From Nitrosopumilus sp. (lineage in GTDB: Archaea; Thermoproteota; Nitrososphaeria; Nitrososphaerales; Nitrosopumilaceae), in NCBI GenBank assembly GCA_965238275.1, contig OZ250186.1, positions 2,112,001 through 2,176,000 on the forward strand: DNA of 64,000 bases. Reading direction: 5' to 3'. Position numbers and translations under genes: made by a program. Under the pieces are notes generated by a model. It searched no databases, was not told the origin of the DNA, and was given only the letters and a program-made list of their open reading frames with translations. Of this stretch, positions 31,980 to 42,259 are shown in pieces (position 1 is the first letter of the stretch; each line of letters opens with the position of its first letter).

Positions 31980-34259
31980 GTAAGCGTTCACGTCCCCCCT
32001 AGATACTGCGCCCACCCCATGCCAGTCATCCCCATGCACAGGCGTCAAACAACACAAACCAATGAATGAGTTTTTTCCAAATCTGTGCTTAAAATGACAA
32101 CGCATGAGTCAGTAAACAACGAATCCACATGAAACATGCGCGTCAATATCCATACACGAAATCAATATTTAAAAAAACCGATCCGGCATCCGCGGGATGC
32201 CCCGGGCAGGTGTCCCTTTAGGCATGGCTCCTTCTCCTCCTCCAAAATCCGAAAAGCTGATCCTGCAGGCGGAGCTGCGCCGCGCATGGGGCGTGGCCGA
32301 CTGCCTGATCGGAGTGGTTGCGACGTGTTTGGGACTGGTGGATTCGCTGAGGGGCAGGCTGGCACAAAAAACCAGGGAGAATGACGACTTGAAAAAAGAG
32401 ATAGTCAAGCTCAAAAGGATGCTGTCGGTCCACGAGAGTTGGAACCACTCGTCCAGGGAGGCAGTCCTGTTTGCCAAGAAGCGAAAAGAGTTCCAGAGGA
32501 GGGCCGGCGCCGGGACCGGCGGGGACGGTGGTGAGGAAGACGGTCAATATCCATCCAGAGGAGGGCCGGCGCCGGGACCGGCAGTGCCAGTCCTGACGGA
32601 AAACGGTGCGGACACCAGCCCGGGACAGAGGGCGTCTCCCACGGCCACAAGCCGACTGAAACCAAGACATATCGGGCAGACATGTGCAAAAACTGCAGCA
32701 GCACGGACACGCAGCCCGAAGGGATGTATTGGAAGATTGTACTTGATTTGACCCGATGTGATGGCAACAACAACATGGTCTGCCATGTGGAGGAGACCGT
32801 GCCGGCATACTGCACCAGGTGCGGCACCGTCACGCACCCCGAGACTGGCACCATTGCGGGATCATCACTTGGGCCCGGCCTGAGGAGAATAATCGCCAAC
32901 ATACACGAAGTCGTGCCATCCGTAAGGTCCATCCAAAGGCTCCTGGCATCAAACCACGGCGTCACGTTATCGACGGGGTGCATATCCAACTGCCTGTCGG
33001 GGGTGACCAAACGCGCAAAAGGGAACTGTCCGGAAACGACTCCCGGCCATGCAGAAACCCCGTTGGTCTCCAAGGGGCCGTTGTCGCTGCTGCCGCCGTC
33101 GCCTGCAGACTGCGGGCCGTATGACCCGAGCCGGGATGCCGTCTGGTCCGGCATGGCAACACAGCCGCTTGTCAGACAGATAGAGGAAAAGATCAGCATG
33201 GCCCCATGCGTGCAGATAGACGAGTCGCGAAAAAACATCGGGGGCAGGCAGGCACAGGCCCTGGTGCTGGACACAGAGCATGCTGTCCTCATACGCATAG
33301 AGAAGGACAAGTCCAGGAAGACCATGGAGGGTGCCTTTTGGATGGCGCTGAACAGGCCGTTTGTGGCAGACATGTACCGCGGCGGCTGCGCCTTTGCAGG
33401 AGAGTTCCAGTCGTGCTTTGTGCACGTGAACCGCAAGAGCGAGGGCCTGGCCATTCGCCACGGCATCGACTCGTTCGAGTACGTCCTGTACGTCATGATG
33501 CGCGGCATATACCATGACGCCAAGGCAGCAGCTGCCAGGACCCTCGAGATGGCCGGGGGGCAAGCAGTGCAGTCTGCCTGCGACATCGGCGCCGCCGTCA
33601 GGACAGTTCCAGGACTGGCAGAACACGTCGAATCAAGCCGGTCTGACCTGCTCAAGCGCCTCGGAAAGGTGGCCCACGCATACCGGAACGGCGCAGTCTC
33701 TGATGATGCCAGCCGCGAGTTTGCAGGCACGCTTGAAAACGCAATGCCGTACCTCCTCACGTTCATCGGACATCCGGGAATGGAGGGCAGCACCAACGCC
33801 TGTGAGAGAACCATACGCGGGTATGTCGTGAGGCCGCGCAACATACAGCGCATACTTCCGAACCGGCGCGCCGCAGACAACCTTGCCACGCTCCAGACGA
33901 TTCACGCCACGTGCGCAAAACGCGGAATATTCTCAGGCGATGCAGTCACCGCGTGCGACTCGTGGAACATGTTCGAGGCCGGGACGCCGCCGCCGATACT
34001 TCCGAATCTCAAATGACCGCGCCACGGCATCCGGCAGATCAGGGTTGTTGCCGCACCATTTTGGTTTAGACAGGACACGTTGCAGAACATGCCACAAAAA
34101 GCCGCAGGCATGTCTGCATGATGACATCTTATTCTTGCTATGCATTTTCACACACTGGCATATCTCTGATGGATGCTTCCATAATGGAGTCAGAATCACA
34201 TACCCATGTATGACATCCCAGCTAGCGTGGAATTGGCAAGGGGGGACGTGAACGCTTAC
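31980..34259 (+). mobile_element. IS66-family element (2280 bp)
   Basis: Perfect 21-bp TIR GTAAGCGTTCACGTCCCCCCT; 9-bp TSD CCTGCAGAA. Confidence 0.92.
32224..34016 (+). pseudogene. IS66 transposase, frameshifted in the N-terminal region
   Basis: Coiled coil, CxxC/CxxC, QIDES, QSCFVHVNR, STNACERTIR; 29-bp repeat at 32492/32554 (period 62) coincides with the frame change. Confidence 0.8.
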
Positions 34260-34394
34260 CCTGCAGAATGCCCCAATGCGTAAGCGGCTGGGTTTACGCC
34301 TAATTCCACAATGTTGCAGACATCAAGCCCAAACAGTTTGCCTCCAATGCCTCAAATAGGCAAATATAGAGGAAGAACGGCACAGATCTCAGAT

Positions 34395-34562
34395 ATGTGT
34401 GAATGCTCAAAGGTTCACCTGTACGAGGTTGAATTCAAGCTTGATGGCATGACAGTCGTCCCCACCCACAAGAACTGCGGATTCGCCCTGGATCAAAAGC
34501 AGTCCGACAAGTTTCAGAAGGATCTTGTAAGATCATGGGGCATGGAAGACGAAGAGGACTAA
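34395..34562 (+). CDS. Small hypothetical protein (CxC...HxxC)
   Basis: MCECSKVHLYEVEFKLDG...THKNCG, AAATATA box upstream. Confidence 0.7.
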   Translation: MCECSKVHLYEVEFKLDGMTVVPTHKNCGFALDQKQSDKFQKDLVRSWGMEDEED

Positions 34563-34586
34563 AAAATAAAAGGAATGTAAGTTTTT

Positions 34587-34721
34587 CTAGTGTTCAGTGT
34601 TCTTGCATATATCTTGATTGCAATCGCAAGAAGCGTCACAATAACACTCACTCTGCATTGCGCAGTCACATTCGGTGCCGTTCTCGGCCTGTGCTGCACA
34701 TCCACATGCTGCATCTGACAT
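34587..34721 (-). CDS. Metallothionein-like Cys-rich small protein (44 aa)
   Basis: MSDAACGCAAQAENGTECDCAMQSECYCDASCDCNQDICKNTEH: 9 Cys, four CxC; TTTTAAAA box upstream. Confidence 0.7.
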   Translation of the reverse strand: MSDAACGCAAQAENGTECDCAMQSECYCDASCDCNQDICKNTEH

Positions 34722-34752
34722 ACTATACCTCACATGCACTTGTTTTAAAAGG

Positions 34753-36198
34753 TTATAGCGGCGAGCGAAAATTCGTGCAAACAGATCTCTCTGTAGCATG
34801 TCCTGATGCTCTTTCCGGCGCTCTGTCAGACCTTCCAATATTGTCGTCGTTGTCGGATCCAAGCCGACCTGTCGAATTGTTCATTCCAGAACCATCCGAT
34901 CCGTGATCCTCGCGCCTTGTGACGACCTCGACACCTGCAATGGTGCCTCCACGATTCCCGTGGGCTTGGCCGCCAGTCTCCTCCGTATGGAGACAGTCAT
35001 TATCCAAAATGTTTTTTGCCGCGTTCTTGTCGGCATGGTGGCACCATCCGCATGAGACGCAGACAAATGATTCGCCGTTCCTGGACTTTTTGTCCACTAC
35101 CCCGCAGGCAGCGCACCTCTGGCTTGTATGTGCGTGTTCCACGCGTCTTGAAATTCCGCCTTTCTTTTTCATCTGCCATTCAAGCTGGATCCTGAACTCG
35201 CCCATTCTGGAATAGGCCATCTCGCGGTTCAACCCCGTCTTTGAAGCAGCCCCGTTGGATCGCCTCATCTTGGTCAAATCCAGATCTTCCAGGAACAATA
35301 CGGACAGTCCTTTTGTTATCCGTCTGGCAATGTCGGCCTCGTTGTGTTTTTGCCTGTTTGATGTCTTTTTCAATTCATGTGCTATCTTGCGCCCGATCTC
35401 TTTCCATCTTCTGGAGCCTGCCTGGCATCTTGATCTAAGTGATTTCAGCTGATCAATCCTGTCGCCGTCATGCCTCTTGCAGCCTCCGGGGACATTGTGC
35501 AGTTTTTCGTTCCCATGCTCGTCTGCGACTGCCGCAAGGTGCCTGACTCCAAGATCTAGCCCTGCCTTGCATCCGCCGCCACCGCCTGTCGCGGGTTCGG
35601 GGTCTGGGACTTCTATCTGCAAATGCAGTTTGAATTCGCGATCACCATCCTTGGTCTTGCGCGTGGCCTTGCCTGTGATATCGATCATCTGGAATGACAC
35701 GAACCTGCCTTCCGGGATCTTTACGCGCGGCCTTACTTCCCCGAATCCGGGCAGAAATACGGCTCCACTGTCTCGCAGTTTTGGCTTTGCGCGTGAATTC
35801 AGCGAGCGCAGCCTGGTTGTTTTCCTGCCGCGCCTCATCAGGCCAGACGGCTCGGTCCACCGATTGTGCTTGTACGTTTTCTTTTTCCCCACCAGCTTGA
35901 TCTGTTTCTTGCGCCAGATGCGCTTGTTGTGCTTGAGCCGGTTTGCCTTGCGGAATTTGACTGCCGCCTGGAAAGCCTGTTTTGAGGCGGCCTCATGCAT
36001 GCGGACGCTGTTGGTCAGGTTGAATTCCCTGCGCCATCCTGTTATCAGGTTGTTGACATCAAACTGCGTGATCCGTGAGTGTGCAAGTTTCATCATGATT
36101 GTCATGTCGTAAATGATGTCTGTTTCCCGGGAGCATTTCACGATCTTGCGTGACAGTTCCCGAGATTGTGTTATCTTGATGATTTTACTGACAATCAT
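34753..36198 (-). CDS. tnpB: TnpB RNA-guided nuclease
   Basis: Near-identical to copy 1; D/E/D catalytic residues intact. Confidence 0.92.
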   Translation of the reverse strand: MIVSKIIKITQSRELSRKIVKCSRETDIIYDMTIMMKLAHSRITQFDVNNLITGWRREFNLTNSVRMHEAASKQAFQAAVKFRKANRLKHNKRIWRKKQIKLVGKKKTYKHNRWTEPSGLMRRGRKTTRLRSLNSRAKPKLRDSGAVFLPGFGEVRPRVKIPEGRFVSFQMIDITGKATRKTKDGDREFKLHLQIEVPDPEPATGGGGGCKAGLDLGVRHLAAVADEHGNEKLHNVPGGCKRHDGDRIDQLKSLRSRCQAGSRRWKEIGRKIAHELKKTSNRQKHNEADIARRITKGLSVLFLEDLDLTKMRRSNGAASKTGLNREMAYSRMGEFRIQLEWQMKKKGGISRRVEHAHTSQRCAACGVVDKKSRNGESFVCVSCGWCHHADKNAAKNILDNDCLHTEETGGQAHGNRGGTIAGVEVVTRREDHGSDGSGMNNSTGRLGSDNDDNIGRSDRAPERASGHATERSVCTNFRSPL

Positions 36199-36252
36199 AC
36201 CTGTGGTTGGGATTTATTTTCTTAAAAAGGATCTCAAAAAATTGCACGAACT

Positions 36253-37863
36253 CCCATGTGTTACGGGCATCCAAACCCGTTGATGTTGTGTGTTGACAAT
36301 GCGTCTGGTCCAGTCCGGTTTGGGTTGGTCGGGCAGTTTTTTAAAGATTTGTGGATCAATTGGGTAATTTTAGGCATGTCCGTGTCCGAACCGGCAGGCA
36401 CTGCGTGCGTATCCAGAAGAATGGTGCACAGCTGCCGCTAGGAATCCCCTCCCCCGTATCCGGAGGAAATGGTAGGCCAAACTCCTACAGTCAATATCAT
36501 TTTCGGCAAGCCGGGGGGACGGAAGGGGGCGTTGAGTCGCCCTCCGCTTGTGCAGGGGCGGCGAAACGCACCCCGGGTTCTCCAGTTTCCCCCAGGACGC
36601 CTAGACCTTGGATTCGGCAATGCGTTTTATTCTCTGGAATTTTCGTCTTACAAGATCCCTGTCCTGGGTCCTGTACTCGGTGCTGTGCTCAAGCATCTCC
36701 CAGACCCATTCGAGCATCTGCCTGGCCACGGCGACCCTTGCCTTCATGGGTCCTATGCGGGTTGCCAGTCTTTGGTAGCGCGCCCCTATCCGGACATCGT
36801 GCTGGACGGCAACTAACGCGGCCTCGACCATGGCGCGGCGCAGCCAGACGGAGCCGCGTTTTGTGATGCCGCCGGTCCTGACGGTCTCCCCGCTGTTGTG
36901 GTGTTTTGGCACCAGGCCGGCGTATGAGGCCATCTTTTCGGCGTCAGCAAACCTGCTGTGGTCGACTATTTCGGCAAGTATGGTTACTGCCGTAATGTAG
37001 CCTATTCCGGGTATGGTCATGATCAGCTGTGCCCTCCTGTCGCTCATTGCAATCCCGGCTACCTTTTTTTCAAATTTTGCCACCTGCTTTAGTACGGTAT
37101 CGATGGTGGCCAGATGCGACTGCACCGCCATGCGGTCAACCTCCCTCAGGGGCACGGCCTGCAGCCACTCGAGTCCAGGTCCCGTAAAGTCCTCCCTTGG
37201 GCTGCTCGTGCGGGTATTTGGCCAGGATCGCGTGGATGCGGTTCTTTGGGGCGGTGGCGTACATCTTCATGCCCAGGCGGGTGCGGGTCAGTTCGCGCAG
37301 GTCCCGCGCGGGCTTGTCGGCCACGAACGACTCCGGGATCATGTCCAGCCTGCACAGGTCTGCCAGCTTTGCCGAGTCTGCCTTGTCGTTTTTGTAGACG
37401 GTTTCGGTTATGATCTTCGTGTTGTGTGGGTGGGCCAGCAGGGTGTTGATGCCGACATCCTCGAGCATGTCGTGCACGACTATCCAGTAGTTGGCCGTGG
37501 ATTCGCAGACGGCCGTAGCCGGCACGTATCCTTCCTTGCGGATCATCTTGACGAATTCGGTTATTCCCCGGACATTATTGTCAAATTCAGCCTGCCTTAG
37601 TATCTTGTTGGTTTTGCCCTTGATGGTTGAAACGCATTTCTTTTTGTGAACGTCTATTCCAATGTAATACGTGCTATCACCTCCTTTGCAGCATATCGGA
37701 CCCGACCAGCGGAAAACTCCCATTCACCGTCAAAGCGGTATTTGACCATCCGCATACCTTGAGTCACTCTTTCGCACGCCATCATAAGTGGCAAGTTCGT
37801 GTCGACTCTCAGGTCCAACAGGGTAAATGCCATGATCACCGTTACAACGGCAACACATGGCGT
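36253..37863 (-). mobile_element. IS110/IS1111-type element
   Basis: CT core on both sides (36251-52, 37864-65); sub-terminal IR CCATGTGTT/AACACATGG; long 3' non-coding region. Confidence 0.88.
36601..37672 (-). pseudogene. IS110 DEDD recombinase, frameshifted, with ACG at the expected start
   Basis: YIGIDVHK, CESTANYW, KNDKADS, IPGIG, YAGLVP...SG; frame change near 37185; GGAGGTGA precedes ACG. Confidence 0.85.
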
Positions 37864-37973
37864 CTTTCGCTTTTCACTATAGTACAGGAACATGGTTTAT
37901 ACAAATAGGATCAACTCCCCCCATACATGGCAGTCGACTGTGATTTCCTGTGCGGTGTCCGGGCAGAACCGGG

Positions 37974-38852
37974 CTATACGCCTGATACTGTCTCGAGTAT
38001 GGAGTTGCACGAGGTTTTGATGAGGCCGGCCTGCTCCTCCAGCAGGCCAGAGTCGGCCCCCGTGTCAAAGGCGGTTCTCAGTACATGGAAGAGATCCCGC
38101 CTCTCATCCAGGGTGCCCTTGATTCTTTCAAAGTTCTGCCTGTTGACATACCCCAGATAAAAATAACAGTCAGTAGGCATGGAGTTTCCTAGGAAGAAAT
38201 CATATTTTGACCGGATGGTCCCAGAAACGCCTGCCCGGACCATGTCAGAGAATCCGATCGTTGATTTGAGCATCCGCTCAAGGAGGGTGGTAGTCGCCCT
38301 CTCCATTCCTATCGTCTGGGTCACAGACGAGATGTGCTCGTTGATGGGATTCTTGGGAAGCAGCCGAAGCGTCTCAAGCATGTGGGAGGGACTTGGTTTC
38401 CGATGGTTCAGGAGACATATCGCGTCTGCCAGGCAGTATGAGGCACATTTTTGCCAGAACGGGGCAAATGCGTCGGATGCTTGGATCCCCTTCATGGTTC
38501 TCTGAATGCAGAACAGCGCCTCGATCAGATTGTTCCGGGCAAGATTGGTAAAGAGTGCCGGCTTTTTTGCCTGGACCCTTGATACAAGCATTCTCAAATC
38601 CCACGACTCGTCCTGGATTATGTGCATCCCGTCATATCCGAGGAGAACCTTTGGGTCATTCCAGGACAGGGAGGCATGGCGGATGACGGCATACGAATCC
38701 CCGTACCGGACCGTCTCATGCCCGGATCTTTCGTCAAAGACAAAGACGTCATACCCGCATGATTCAAAATGGGTGCCGGCGGCCCTGCATCCCCCCAGTC
38801 CGGCCGGAAACGAGTCCAACCCCCTCCCCTCAAGAAGTCTTTTCAGATCCAC
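37974..38852 (-). CDS. Hypothetical protein (possible nucleotidyltransferase-like N-terminus)
   Basis: Long ORF, GLGG...YDVFVFD. Confidence 0.65.
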   Translation of the reverse strand: MDLKRLLEGRGLDSFPAGLGGCRAAGTHFESCGYDVFVFDERSGHETVRYGDSYAVIRHASLSWNDPKVLLGYDGMHIIQDESWDLRMLVSRVQAKKPALFTNLARNNLIEALFCIQRTMKGIQASDAFAPFWQKCASYCLADAICLLNHRKPSPSHMLETLRLLPKNPINEHISSVTQTIGMERATTTLLERMLKSTIGFSDMVRAGVSGTIRSKYDFFLGNSMPTDCYFYLGYVNRQNFERIKGTLDERRDLFHVLRTAFDTGADSGLLEEQAGLIKTSCNSILETVSGV

Positions 38853-39025
38853 ACCATGACAAATAGCAAAATTCCCTTAAAGGGTGTCAGCCCACAAAAT
38901 TTTACAAACCGCACAAAGTCAGAGTCCCCCCTGCTGTCAGTCCGGAATGGGTTCCGGCCGTGCCGCGTGCAAGGGCAGGTTCCAAGCATTTCCTTTAAAT
39001 TGAGAAACAGCCCGCCTTTTATCAA

Positions 39026-39100
39026 GCTCCTATAGTGTAGTCCGGTTAAGCATACTGCCCTCTCAAGGCAGTGACTCGGGTTCAAATCCCGATGGGAGCA
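39026..39100 (+). tRNA. tRNA-Glu(CTC)
   Basis: Acceptor GCTCCTA/TGGGAGC, anticodon stem CTGCC/GGCAG with loop CTCTCAA, TTCAAAT T-loop. Confidence 0.95.
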
Positions 39101-39135
39101 TTGCATTACTAAAATAGTTAGGCTGCGTACACGTA

Positions 39136-39786
39136 GTGTTGAGCCTGAAAGAGATCAAACTCAAAGACGAATACCGGTCTGACACGAGCAACATCACAGA
39201 GGACTTTTTCATCCCGTGCCTTGAAAACTGCACGGAGTATCACAGGTGTACAGAGACGCTCTCAATCAAGGCGCTAATCATGATGGCTACAAGACTTGAC
39301 AACATTACAGACGGCACCACGGTGCTGAGAATGGTCATAGGCCACAGGCTCAGAGTCAGTGACCTGAACATGCTCATAAGGCTGTTCTCTGAAGGAGCCA
39401 GACTTCCCAGGGGAAAGCACGCAAAGACCATTCAACGGATAAAGGATGCAGTCAGACAGGGCAGCATTCAGGTCAGGATTGCAGTACCAAACTCAGATCA
39501 CATCATAGATTCCGTATCAGAAAGGGTTGGGATATTCAGGGACGGCGAGAACAACATGGTGGCATTTACCGGAACTTTTAGGGAGGCCATCGCATCCCCG
39601 ACAAAGGAGTTTGAGGCAATAGATGTCTTTACGTCATGGAATGACATGTCAAGGGTGAAAAGAAAGATGGAGCACTTTGAGCAGCTGTGGCAGAACAAGG
39701 CAAAACATCTGGACGTGTATGACTTTGTGCATGCAGAAAAAAAAAGCCTTCTCAAATACTCCTCGGACTGGCTGATGCAGTGCTAG
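39136..39786 (+). CDS. Stand-alone PLD-like domain resembling the N-terminus of SF2 DNA-repair helicases
   Basis: EYRSD...EDFFIPCL, GIFRD...VAFTG, EAIDVFTSW, HFEQLW. Confidence 0.65.
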   Translation: MLSLKEIKLKDEYRSDTSNITEDFFIPCLENCTEYHRCTETLSIKALIMMATRLDNITDGTTVLRMVIGHRLRVSDLNMLIRLFSEGARLPRGKHAKTIQRIKDAVRQGSIQVRIAVPNSDHIIDSVSERVGIFRDGENNMVAFTGTFREAIASPTKEFEAIDVFTSWNDMSRVKRKMEHFEQLWQNKAKHLDVYDFVHAEKKSLLKYSSDWLMQC

Positions 39787-40349
39787 GCCTCAAACGGCTC
39801 CTCTGGCGTGGCGGACTTGTTTTCATAAAAATTCATCCTGTTAATCTTGTAGTATATGACCTCGCCGCGGCGCTCAATGACTGCAATTATCGGCTCCTTT
39901 CCCATCTGCGTAATCTCGTCAATCTTTTTTTGCAGGGCGCCCATCCTCTCCTGCCGGCCTTCGCTGAGGCCAAATATGAGAAACTTGGCACCCTTTTGTC
40001 CATAGTCCCCCCTCTCATAAACCCTAAAATCAGAACCGAACCCAAAGCCGTCCTTTACCACATAGCCGCGATTGCGAAGGTCGCGATATATCAGGAATCT
40101 TGTCAGTATCTCAGGATCGGTCTTTTGGCATGTGCTGACAAAGGAGTCAAAGTCAGTCTGCCGTCCTCCCTTGGTCAGGGTAAGGCGGTTGGTGTACAGC
40201 AGGTAGAGCGTTTCAAACTGCTTTAAGACAAGTCTCTTTCCTTCGGCGTCTCCAAACCCCTTCTGTTCAAGCTCGTGGATCATCTCCCGGTCGGATATGT
40301 ATACGCGTGAGGAGATCAGCTTACCGGTAACCAGCGGGGTCTCATCCAT
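39783..40349 (-). CDS. endA: tRNA-intron lyase (splicing endonuclease) subunit
   Basis: FETLYL, IYRDLRNRGYVVKDGFGFGSDFRVY. Confidence 0.85.
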   Translation of the reverse strand: MDETPLVTGKLISSRVYISDREMIHELEQKGFGDAEGKRLVLKQFETLYLLYTNRLTLTKGGRQTDFDSFVSTCQKTDPEILTRFLIYRDLRNRGYVVKDGFGFGSDFRVYERGDYGQKGAKFLIFGLSEGRQERMGALQKKIDEITQMGKEPIIAVIERRGEVIYYKINRMNFYENKSATPEEPFEA

Positions 40350-40448
40350 GATATGATGGGTGCCTGATGGTTTCCATATAAGCATTGGAATGGCGGCGGT
40401 TTGGGGGACCGGTCGGTTCAGGGGGAGGCGTTATAGGGTTCGTATCCG

Positions 40449-40492
40449 GGCAGGCAGGCAGGCAGGCAGCAGCAGCAGCAGCAGCAGCAGCA
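40449..40492. repeat. (GGCA)n-(GCA)n microsatellite
   Basis: GGCAGGCAGGCAGGCAGGCAGCAGCAGCAGCAGCAGCAGCAGCA, intergenic. Confidence 0.85.
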
Positions 40493-40567
40493 CCCCACAA
40501 ATGCGCGGCAGGCGTTGAAGGGATTGGAACCGGCACGGGCCGGTCCGGCGGTTTGGTCACATGCGCA

Positions 40568-42209
40568 GTAAACACTCAGGTCCCCCCAATCCACCTTGTT
40601 AATTCAGACTGCGACTGTCATTGCAGGTACTTCGCATGGAGGAGGCTTGAATATTTTCCAGCCAGGATCCCTGATGAGCGATTCCACTGCGATGCGTGGC
40701 AGTATTCCCTGCTTGTGGCAGGTGCGCGCAACTGAAACAAGTACAGAAAAGACCTTCATTCCCTCCGCCACTGACAGCTTGTGGCGCACGTTCCTCTGTA
40801 GCACGACGGCGTCGCGTATGTCCCGTTCTGCATCGTTATTGTGTGGAGGCATGCCGGGGTACTGCAGATACGTAAACAGGTCGGGGGCCGCACCCTCAAG
40901 GGTGGTCTTGAAGGGGTGGGATTCCCCGTAGGAGGCGGCAATTCCAAGCACGCGTTTTTCCAGGTCCCGACGCTTCGCGGCATCAGCCGTGTCCAGATCC
41001 TTAATGTCATGATACATTTTGAGCAGCCTTTCGTACTGGAGCAGATCATTGCCGCCGTTCCTGATTGCCAGCTTTTCAGCCTCGCGGAGCAGGTGTACCC
41101 AGCACCGCTGTTTGATTGGAAACACGCTGTATCCGGCATACCCGTCCACCACGACAGGAATGCCCAAAAGCCCGGCAAAGTGAAGTTCCAGTACGGCAGC
41201 GGCCCTGGTGTGGGCCACCACCACGTATGTTGCGTCTTTTATGGTGACAAGCCACGCATAGCCCCTCTTGCCGTTGATCTTGATGTATGATTCGTCCATC
41301 TGGATGTAGGGCGCGTCTGCCATCCTGTCCATGATCTCCTTGTATGCGCCCTCCAGGAGGCGCTTTAGCGCCACGCGCGCATTCCATATGGTGTTGGACG
41401 AGATCTCAAACTTGTATAATGCGTTGAAATAGTATGCGACGGTCTGGTCCGTGCTTCTCTTGTTGTAGTATTCCAGCACGAATCCCAGCGCCTTGGGGCC
41501 CAGTGACGTGCCGCACAGCGTGGGATCCGGGGCGGCAGTTATTGTGCCGCATTTGCAGCATGCTGCCTTTTCCATCACGTATGCGATACATTTGATCCCA
41601 ATCGCGTCGTCGTCGGGAAAGTCATAGACCATCTTCACTTTTGGAGCCGTATGCTGGAGCGTCTTGCTTCCGCAGCTGCCGCACCTGCTTACGCCCAGGG
41701 TAATCGTTCTGCCTGCCTTGTTCTTGTGCGAAACTCCGACATGGCCCATGGGCGGTCCGCGGCCGGTATTGTTGTTTTTTGATTCTGCATCGCCTGCTTC
41801 CGGTTTTGTGCCATCTTCTTCGGGTTCTGCATCACCCCCTTTTGGTTCTGCATCCTTTTCACGCTCCTTCCGGAAGGCATCGCGCTCTGCATTGTACATG
41901 GAAATGGTGGATGATGACATGTGCTCGCTTTCGTATGCTGCAAGCTTTCTGTCACGTTCTGCCAGATCAGATCTCAATGAATCTATTTCACGTACAAGCC
42001 TGATTGTCTCCTTGGCCAACGTGTCCTCCATCTCTTTTACCTTGGTTCTGAACATTTCATTCTCTCCGGCCAGTTTTCTGAATTCCTCGCGCAGGAGCGT
42101 AAGATCGGATTTACTCATGTGGTGGTTTTTAGACGCTACGATCTAAATTGTGATGGTCTAAATGGATGCATGTTCTGGTCAATGTTTAGGCAGGGACCTG
42201 AGTGTTTAC
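40568..42209 (-). mobile_element. IS66-family element, single-ORF type (1642 bp)
   Basis: 17-bp TIR GTAAACACTCAGGTCCC; 8-bp TSD CATGCGCA. Confidence 0.93.
40604..42118 (-). CDS. IS66 transposase, intact ORF
   Basis: Coiled coil, Zn finger, QMDES, VDGYAGY, QRCWVHLLRE, HNNDAERDIR. Confidence 0.92.
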   Translation of the reverse strand: MSKSDLTLLREEFRKLAGENEMFRTKVKEMEDTLAKETIRLVREIDSLRSDLAERDRKLAAYESEHMSSSTISMYNAERDAFRKEREKDAEPKGGDAEPEEDGTKPEAGDAESKNNNTGRGPPMGHVGVSHKNKAGRTITLGVSRCGSCGSKTLQHTAPKVKMVYDFPDDDAIGIKCIAYVMEKAACCKCGTITAAPDPTLCGTSLGPKALGFVLEYYNKRSTDQTVAYYFNALYKFEISSNTIWNARVALKRLLEGAYKEIMDRMADAPYIQMDESYIKINGKRGYAWLVTIKDATYVVVAHTRAAAVLELHFAGLLGIPVVVDGYAGYSVFPIKQRCWVHLLREAEKLAIRNGGNDLLQYERLLKMYHDIKDLDTADAAKRRDLEKRVLGIAASYGESHPFKTTLEGAAPDLFTYLQYPGMPPHNNDAERDIRDAVVLQRNVRHKLSVAEGMKVFSVLVSVARTCHKQGILPRIAVESLIRDPGWKIFKPPPCEVPAMTVAV

Positions 42210-42259
42210 CATGCGCATTGTGAACCGTTAAAATATGGGCGTCACGGCTTGAGGGCATC

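Larger units (their letters stand above)
34756..37879 (-). mobile_element. TIR-bounded TnpB-only element, copy 2 (1511 bp plus nested IS110)
   Basis: Same TIRs; TA duplication at 34754-55 and 37880-81; left TIR split by IS110. Confidence 0.9.

Noticed and set aside
32411-33889. Long antisense ORFs (also 6688-7794, 53772-54701 and others)
   Set aside because: These are shadow frames of GC-rich genes with recognisable products on the other strand.
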